Part shown: positions 39,594-45,483 of the stretch, one piece after another | Position numbering within the stretch: position 1 is the first letter of the stretch | How the letters are laid out: each line of letters begins with the position of its first letter | Assembly: GCA_044233345.1 (NCBI GenBank) | Contig: JBIIKD010000001.1 | Location: 1-45,483 of the forward strand | Origin: Chlamydiia bacterium | Lineage (GTDB): Bacteria; Chlamydiota; Chlamydiia; Chlamydiales; 2-12-FULL-49-11 | Direction: 5' to 3' | DNA: 45,483 nt | Notes under the pieces: generated by a model | Seen by the model: only the letters and a program-made list of their open reading frames with translations | Database searches by the model: none | Told to the model about the DNA's origin: nothing | Position numbers and translations under genes: made by a program

Positions 39594-40664
39594 ATGGGGG
39601 AGGGTGTTTTGGATTTTGTCCAGTTTTTAGGACAGTGGCCCTGGTGGGTTCCTATTATCGTTGTTTTTACAGGAGCAGTTGGACTTCATGTATTTCTAAA
39701 CCTCTTTTATAGATATGGATTTCCTGATGAAAGGAAAAGAGGAAGAGAATGGCCAGCAATTATTTTACGAGCGGTAAAGTTTCCTCTTAAATTATTTGTT
39801 TGGCTTTCCTTTATATTTTTCATTGTCTCGCTATATGCGAATGAATTGTTTGAAATTAGTTTAGTGAATGTCATTTCTAATTTGTTTCAAGTAGGATTTA
39901 TTGCTTCTCTATCGCTTACTTTTTATACGTTTGCTAGGGAATTAGAAAAACATTTTCTTATAAAACGGCATTACGATCGCACTTCTGTTGAGCTTTTTTC
40001 TAAACTAAGTTTAATGGTCATTATTTTTTGTACTCTTATTATTATTCTACCCCTTTTTGGAATACAGATAGGTGGACTTTTAGCGTTTGGAGGATTTAGT
40101 GGTATTATCGTCGGTCTTGCTGCAAGAGATGCAATTGCGAATATTTTAGGGGGTATTATTATCGCTTTAGATAGACCTTTTCGAATTGGAGAATGGATCT
40201 ATTCAGATAATGGAAAGATAGAGGGGCATGTAGAACATATTGGATGGAGATTAACGAAAGTTAGGCAATTTGATAAGCGGCCTATTTTTATTCCAAACTC
40301 TATGTTTTCAAGTATGGTCTTTGTAAATGCTACTAGAGCAACAAATCGAAGGGTTTTAAAGACATTTATGATCCGTTATCAGGACGTATCAAAAGTGTCT
40401 CAAGTTCTTCAAGGAATCAGAACCTATATTAAAGAAAGTCGAGAGATCGATCAAGACCAGTCGAATTTTGCGCACTTAGAAGATTTTGCCGATAGTAGCG
40501 TTGATATTCTTGTTAGAGTTTATTCAAAGACCGTAGATGATAAAGAATTCAGAGTTTTTCAAGAAAAAGTACTTTTTGATGTATACAAAATTATAAGAGA
40601 AAATGGGGCAGAAATGGCGTTTCCTACGAGTATTGTATACCTTAAAAAAGAAGGGGAAAAATGA
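39594..40664 (+). CDS. small-conductance mechanosensitive channel MscS family
   Basis: 3 N-terminal TM helices, then GGLLAFGGFSGIIVGLAARDAIANILGGIIIALDRPFRIGEWI (MscS signature region). Confidence 0.8.
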   Translation: MGEGVLDFVQFLGQWPWWVPIIVVFTGAVGLHVFLNLFYRYGFPDERKRGREWPAIILRAVKFPLKLFVWLSFIFFIVSLYANELFEISLVNVISNLFQVGFIASLSLTFYTFARELEKHFLIKRHYDRTSVELFSKLSLMVIIFCTLIIILPLFGIQIGGLLAFGGFSGIIVGLAARDAIANILGGIIIALDRPFRIGEWIYSDNGKIEGHVEHIGWRLTKVRQFDKRPIFIPNSMFSSMVFVNATRATNRRVLKTFMIRYQDVSKVSQVLQGIRTYIKESREIDQDQSNFAHLEDFADSSVDILVRVYSKTVDDKEFRVFQEKVLFDVYKIIRENGAEMAFPTSIVYLKKEGEK

Positions 40665-42064
40665 AACTTTGGATCATCGCCCAAAAAAAATGGGTAAAAA
40701 CTATATTCGGTATTATTGTTTTTGCGTTTTTTCTAACAGTATACACTATTTCTATGGCGGTCGATCGTCATTACCAGGGTATTGAAGTGAATTTTCGTGC
40801 TCAAGGATCTCGGATAAATAAGGCACAGTTAGATCAAATCCTTCAAAAATATCAGGAAATAGGTTGGTATACTAAAGAAGAGCTACGCTTAAGCCATCAG
40901 TATCATGCTCCCTCTTTTCAAGTATTTGGAAAATCTATTCCTGATTTTGATCGAACGATTCTTTCTCTTCGAAGTTTAGATATTTTCTTACATGGTAGAT
41001 ATGTAGATTACCTAGAATTTATAAACGGGCAGGAAAAAAAATCTAAGCTTTCTTGGGATGAATTTAAAGACATTCAATCCCATGCAAGAGTTATCACAAA
41101 GCAATATAGAATGCTTAGCCATGAACAAATTATTGAAGTTCTAAAGTTTGCACTTGTTTTAGATAGATTAGCCAGCTCTTCGATTGTGCAAAACAAAGCA
41201 TGGATTTACGAAATTGTTGGAAGAGAAGATAGAAGATTAGTAAAGGTTGTCCTTGAAAAACATCCAGATATATTTCCCTACTATAGCAAATTAAATCTAA
41301 TGCAACAAAGATTTCTCCATGAAATATTTGCTCTTATTGATTTAAACGAGGTTTTGGAATTGGGTGATATGATGCGAGTTTTTGTAGAAATACGACTTTC
41401 CAATCTATTAAACTTAAATCCAGAGCTTTTTGAATTGGCCTTTTTTCTTGAGCAATGTCGTTTAGCAGGTGCCAGTGGCGATATAAATAGTTTTAGTTCT
41501 CAAACTATTACCACAAGTGTTTATCAAAATTTTCAAGCGATACGAATGGCTTTTTCTCTTTTAAAAAACGCAACAGAGAAAGATGCATTTAAATTTTACC
41601 TAGCTAAGCGGGCACTATGGCTTGGGGTTGATCCGGGATCTCCATTAAATCGTGTATTGACTCGATTTGGTGCTATGATGGAATTGTATCAAGAACAAGA
41701 GGGGAAAATTCTTAAAGAGGCATTTTTACGCCTTCCCGCAGAAGAACTTGCCCTGATAGTTAAAGAATTTGATGAATTTCAAACACCAACATATCAACGA
41801 TCATATGAAAATCTCTCTTTGTTTTTAAGAAATTTAAGTGAAAATCGAAATGTTGGACAAAATGATAAAGAGCGCTTAGCAGAAACTGTAAAAACAGGTA
41901 TTTCTTTTTTAGCAAAAGTAGCAAAAATTTGCAGTAAAGAAGAGAAGTCTTTCGAGCGAGTAGATTTATCTGCTGTTTCAGTTATTGCTATAACAAATCC
42001 AGAACTATTGCAAGAGGGGAATATCACTTTCGATAAAAAAGGAAAGATTCACCTTATTCCTTAG
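40661..42064 (+). CDS. hypothetical protein with single N-terminal TM helix (467 aa)
   Basis: Long ORF whose start overlaps the mscS stop by 4 nt. No recognisable motifs. Confidence 0.45.
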   Translation: MKLWIIAQKKWVKTIFGIIVFAFFLTVYTISMAVDRHYQGIEVNFRAQGSRINKAQLDQILQKYQEIGWYTKEELRLSHQYHAPSFQVFGKSIPDFDRTILSLRSLDIFLHGRYVDYLEFINGQEKKSKLSWDEFKDIQSHARVITKQYRMLSHEQIIEVLKFALVLDRLASSSIVQNKAWIYEIVGREDRRLVKVVLEKHPDIFPYYSKLNLMQQRFLHEIFALIDLNEVLELGDMMRVFVEIRLSNLLNLNPELFELAFFLEQCRLAGASGDINSFSSQTITTSVYQNFQAIRMAFSLLKNATEKDAFKFYLAKRALWLGVDPGSPLNRVLTRFGAMMELYQEQEGKILKEAFLRLPAEELALIVKEFDEFQTPTYQRSYENLSLFLRNLSENRNVGQNDKERLAETVKTGISFLAKVAKICSKEEKSFERVDLSAVSVIAITNPELLQEGNITFDKKGKIHLIP

Positions 42065-42953
42065 TAGATTTGTTTCGAAGATCAATGAAAGGAATGGTTT
42101 CTCCAACAATTTGAGGAAGCTTCCCATCCCATTTTTGTAGAGCTTCCCATTGGATAAGTTCTTGGGTAACAGACGCTGCTACTAATTTATTCGATTCGGC
42201 TTCTGCTTGAGCTTCTAAAATAGCGCATCTTGCAGCACCCTCAGCAGTAGCTATGTTCTTTTTAGCTTCCGCCTCCGCTTCCCGCAGTTCGTTTTCTCTT
42301 TGCTGAGCTCTTTGTACAGCTTCAATTTTTGCATTGAGAGCTTTAATCACATTGTCAGGAAAGTGAAAACGACCGATGAGATAAATACGACGAAGCTCAA
42401 TACCTAGATCTTTTAAATCCTCTGAGACATGACTTTCTACCAAATCAAAGAACCCTTCTTTTTCCTTTCCGTAGAGATCTTCAATCGTCATTTTAGATGC
42501 AGATTTATTAATAGCATCTCGAATAAAGTTTCGAATAAACGTATTTGTAATTTCATCCATACCTCTTCGGTATCTTTGAAAAATCATAGGGACAGAAGAT
42601 GGATTTAATCTAAATGTAATTCCAATCGAAGCTGAAATCGCCATCCCTTCAGATGTTTGAAAGTGAAAACACTCTTTATCTGTTTCCCACATCTCATTTT
42701 GCTCAAATATAGGAAATTGATAGACGGTTTTCCAAGGGGGAATCCAATACATTCCTGCATGGAGTTCATTGCTCTCAACACCTCTACTAGAACCAAATTG
42801 GTTTACTATAACACCAACATATCCAGGAGATATTCGGGTTAAAAAGCAAATCCAGATAATAAGCGTTCCCAAGGCTGCTAAGCCGCCTAAAATGGCATAT
42901 TTATTCTTCATTCTTAGAGCCTTTGGTTTTTCAGTAATCTCTATAGTTTGCAT
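42054..42953 (-). CDS. SPFH/band-7 (HflK/C-prohibitin-like) membrane protein
   Basis: N-terminal TM helix, SPFH core, and C-terminal coiled-coil Ala/Glu-rich segment QRAQQRENELREAEAEAKKNIATAEGAA. Confidence 0.8.
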   Translation of the reverse strand: MQTIEITEKPKALRMKNKYAILGGLAALGTLIIWICFLTRISPGYVGVIVNQFGSSRGVESNELHAGMYWIPPWKTVYQFPIFEQNEMWETDKECFHFQTSEGMAISASIGITFRLNPSSVPMIFQRYRRGMDEITNTFIRNFIRDAINKSASKMTIEDLYGKEKEGFFDLVESHVSEDLKDLGIELRRIYLIGRFHFPDNVIKALNAKIEAVQRAQQRENELREAEAEAKKNIATAEGAARCAILEAQAEAESNKLVAASVTQELIQWEALQKWDGKLPQIVGETIPFIDLRNKSTKE

Positions 42954-42995
42954 AAGAGAATAACTCTAGCGTAAGAAAGAAAAAATCACAACTTT

Positions 42996-43050
42996 AAACC
43001 CAATTCGATACCTATTCACTCTAAGCGCGTTAGTGAAACAAGCAAGAAAA
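42996..43050 (+). repeat. partial copy (left-end fragment) of the 28-kb MITE
   Basis: AAACCCAATTCGATACCTATTCACTCTAAGCGCGTTAGTGAAACAAG matches the left end of 28095-28401 over ~50 bp (~85% identity). Confidence 0.5.
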
Positions 43051-43080
43051 GTAAAAAAAATATAAAAAATAAAATTTTCA

Positions 43081-43425
43081 TTGATTTTTTTTGTTTATTA
43101 TTTATTTTTATTAATTATGGAGAGAATAAATAAAGACTACATAAGCAATGTTCGGTATTTAGATTCAGGTAAATTAAAACCTGTTCCTGGTGCAAAATTT
43201 ATGCAAGCCTTGGATGACACTTATGGAACACAACAAGTACAAAAAGCCGTTTCATGGTTCTTTTCTTCTGAAACAAGTGCTAAATATAAAAAAGGAATGA
43301 AAGAGTTCCAAGGACGTCTCATCAATGGTATGACGAATCTTGGAAACTTGTCTGTTGATGATCAAAAGTATTTGGCAAATGTAGTACATGGCGTTGCTCT
43401 AGGAATATTTTCTGTAACAAAATAA
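43081..43425 (+). CDS. hypothetical protein
   Basis: 114-aa ORF (possibly starting at MERINKDY). No motifs recognised. Confidence 0.3.
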   Translation: MIFFVYYLFLLIMERINKDYISNVRYLDSGKLKPVPGAKFMQALDDTYGTQQVQKAVSWFFSSETSAKYKKGMKEFQGRLINGMTNLGNLSVDDQKYLANVVHGVALGIFSVTK

Positions 43426-43511
43426 TTTGACGGTGGTCCTATACCTAAGTCATTAAAAATTCCCTCTCTTTTATGAAAGAACTCTAATAGAGAAAATTGC
43501 TATAAGATACG

Positions 43512-45224
43512 TTATTCGTTTCCTGCTTTCTTCTCTGGCGGCAAGGTATAATCATTAGCAATGTCTGTGAGGCCGGCTGAGTTTAGAAGATCTCGATATT
43601 TTGAAAGTCTATCTGATTCAGTACGCATAAAATCTTCTCTGAGTTGGGTGAAATTTGTGATCAAAAGGTGAAAGTCTTGTTTTCTAATTGCTAAAAGTTC
43701 GCAATCTTCTATACATCTTACTGTAGCTGAGCGACGTTTTTCTTTTAAAAGAGCCATTTCCCCAAAATATTGTCCTTGTTCGAGGGTTGCGATTGGAATT
43801 TCTTTGCCATCTTTTGTTTCTAAAACAGAGACTTTCCCTTTTGCAATGATGTATAGATAATCACCTACATCTCCTTTATGAAAAATTGTTTCGCCTGAGG
43901 CATAGTGAAGGTGGTTAATTCCACTTCGATACTCTATTTTCAATTGGACTGGCTCTTGAGGAACAATAAAATCAAGTAACCAGGTGATGAATACTTTAAT
44001 TTTTCTATTTACTCCAGGCAGTTTAATCCAATAGATAAAACGCCAAGCAATCCAAGCGATAAAGCCAGAAAGTTTGATGAATCCAAACATTTCGGCTACA
44101 GCTCTTTTATGACCAAGTGCAGCCATCATTCCAAGAGCTGTAAACGAGAATTTTTTTAAGGGGCCTTTTTCTTTTATCGAAGAAAATATATTTTCCGCCA
44201 CACACTTTCCTTGTCTTACTGCAAATTGAGCTGTAGGCGGGCAATAATGTAACTCTATTTTTGCAGGGACTGCTGCGCAATCTCCAAGAGCCCAAATATT
44301 TTTTGTTCCTTTTACAAGTAAGGTTTCATCAGTAAGAATAAGATCTTTTATTTTTTCAAACGGAAGTGTCTCTATTAATGGATTGCAACTCGAAGGTACT
44401 GTGGAGACAATGGTGCTTGAAGGAATACGCTTTCCATTGTCAAGAATCGCTTCATAGGGCGTTGCTGATCTTAAGTGTGTATTAAAAAGGATCTGCACAC
44501 CCCGTTTCTCTAAGATTTTTGCGCAATATTTTCCAAGAGAGGGGGGCAGTTCTTTATAAACAAGCCGATCTTTACTATGTATTAGATAGACACTAATCTC
44601 TTTAGGATCAACTAACGGATACATTTTTATAATTTTTCTTGCAAAGTCGTTGATTTCAGCAACCACTTCAACGCCAGAAAATCCTCCTCCTCCCACGATA
44701 AAGGTTAGAAGTTGTTTTCTTACTTTAGGGTTATCTTCTTGCGCTGCAGTTTCAATTACATCTATAATTCTATTACGGATCTTTAGGGCATCAGCTAAGT
44801 TTTTAAAACTTAAGGAGTGTTCATGAAGACCTCCGGGACTATTTCTAAAGTCTGTTACATTACCAAGAGCTAATACAAGGTGATCATAATGTACTCGTAA
44901 ATCGGTATGATCAAAGTTTGGGGAAAGTGTAACCATCTGATTTTCAATGTCAATCTCTGATATTTCTCGTACGTAAATATGGGTATGAGGAAGTAATTCT
45001 CTTAGCGCACTTACAGAATCAAGAATTCCTATCGAACCGCCTACGATTTCAGCAAGCATAGGATGAAAAACAAAATAGTTATCTCTATTCACGAGAACAA
45101 TTTCTATTTCATCTCTACAATGTTTAGTGAGTTTTTCTAAACGGCGAGCAGCATAGACTCCTCCAAAACCTCCTCCAAGAATAAGAATAGTTTTTTTCTC
45201 TAGAGGTTTTTGCCGTTTTTTCAT
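43512..45224 (-). CDS. ndh: type II NADH:quinone oxidoreductase (NDH-2) fused to a C-terminal cyclic-nucleotide-binding domain
   Basis: Two dinucleotide-binding motifs (ILGGGFGGVYAA, VGGGGFSGVEV), NDH-2 C-terminal amphipathic anchor region, then a CAP-family cNMP-binding domain (FHKGDVGDYLYIIAKGKV...YFGEMALL...RSATVRC). Confidence 0.8.
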   Translation of the reverse strand: MKKRQKPLEKKTILILGGGFGGVYAARRLEKLTKHCRDEIEIVLVNRDNYFVFHPMLAEIVGGSIGILDSVSALRELLPHTHIYVREISEIDIENQMVTLSPNFDHTDLRVHYDHLVLALGNVTDFRNSPGGLHEHSLSFKNLADALKIRNRIIDVIETAAQEDNPKVRKQLLTFIVGGGGFSGVEVVAEINDFARKIIKMYPLVDPKEISVYLIHSKDRLVYKELPPSLGKYCAKILEKRGVQILFNTHLRSATPYEAILDNGKRIPSSTIVSTVPSSCNPLIETLPFEKIKDLILTDETLLVKGTKNIWALGDCAAVPAKIELHYCPPTAQFAVRQGKCVAENIFSSIKEKGPLKKFSFTALGMMAALGHKRAVAEMFGFIKLSGFIAWIAWRFIYWIKLPGVNRKIKVFITWLLDFIVPQEPVQLKIEYRSGINHLHYASGETIFHKGDVGDYLYIIAKGKVSVLETKDGKEIPIATLEQGQYFGEMALLKEKRRSATVRCIEDCELLAIRKQDFHLLITNFTQLREDFMRTESDRLSKYRDLLNSAGLTDIANDYTLPPEKKAGNE

Positions 45225-45483
45225 AATTAAATAGCTCCCTTTTCTGCAAGTATAGAAACTGAAGAGTTATTCTCAAGACATTTGTAAGTCTTTCTTTGTT
45301 AGGTTGATGAATCTTTATGAAAGAGAATTGTTATACTATGAGAAAGGTGTATATCTTGTATAATGCTTTAATTCTTCCATTTTCTCCGATGTGGTGGGGA
45401 TGCCTTATATCTATAATAACGCTGATGGTGTTATCTCTTGTTATTTTTAAGAAGCTCTCTTTTGTCTATAAGGAAAAAATTTG

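Noticed and set aside
45338-45483. Hydrophobic ORF start (MRKVYILYNALILPFSPMWWGCLISIITLMVLSLVIF...) running off the window end
   Set aside because: It is probably the 5' end of a membrane-protein gene, but there are too few residues to call.

Overview
This is a 45.5-kb, AT-rich (~35% GC by eye) chromosomal window. Gene content and synteny point strongly to an environmental member of the Chlamydiae (Parachlamydiaceae-like, e.g. Protochlamydia or Parachlamydia). The supporting features are the rpsA-nusA-infB operon, an rpe-yvcK-efp-accB-accC-rmlA operon, tRNA-Val/Asp and tRNA-Thr/Tyr pairs, a TyrP-type permease, a small protein with a bilobed hydrophobic domain (Inc-like), an IpaH-style LRR protein, a eukaryote-like sterol reductase and a degraded IS630/Tc1 transposase. 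Roughly two thirds of the window is housekeeping. Three accessory patches stand out. The first (20.6-23.2 kb) holds a transposase remnant, a MITE fragment, an M48 peptidase and a possible leader-peptide attenuator in front of an ABC-F ATPase. The second (24.8-29.9 kb) holds the LRR effector-like protein, a very AT-rich divergent spacer and two tandem GH1 beta-glucosidase paralogs separated by a complete ~307-bp MITE with perfect 21-22-bp terminal inverted repeats. The third (30.5-33.6 kb) holds an OMP-like protein, a 63-aa histone-fold protein, a DHCR7/ERG4/ERG24-type sterol reductase and an aldose-1-epimerase-like gene overlapping the reductase. Other notable items are a type-II NADH dehydrogenase fused to a C-terminal cyclic-nucleotide-binding domain, an aspartokinase lacking ACT regulatory domains that overlaps a 601-aa unknown ORF, and several conserved-unknown proteins. 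No CRISPR array, rRNA or prophage structural genes were seen. All calls come from reading the translations and DNA by eye; no searches were run.
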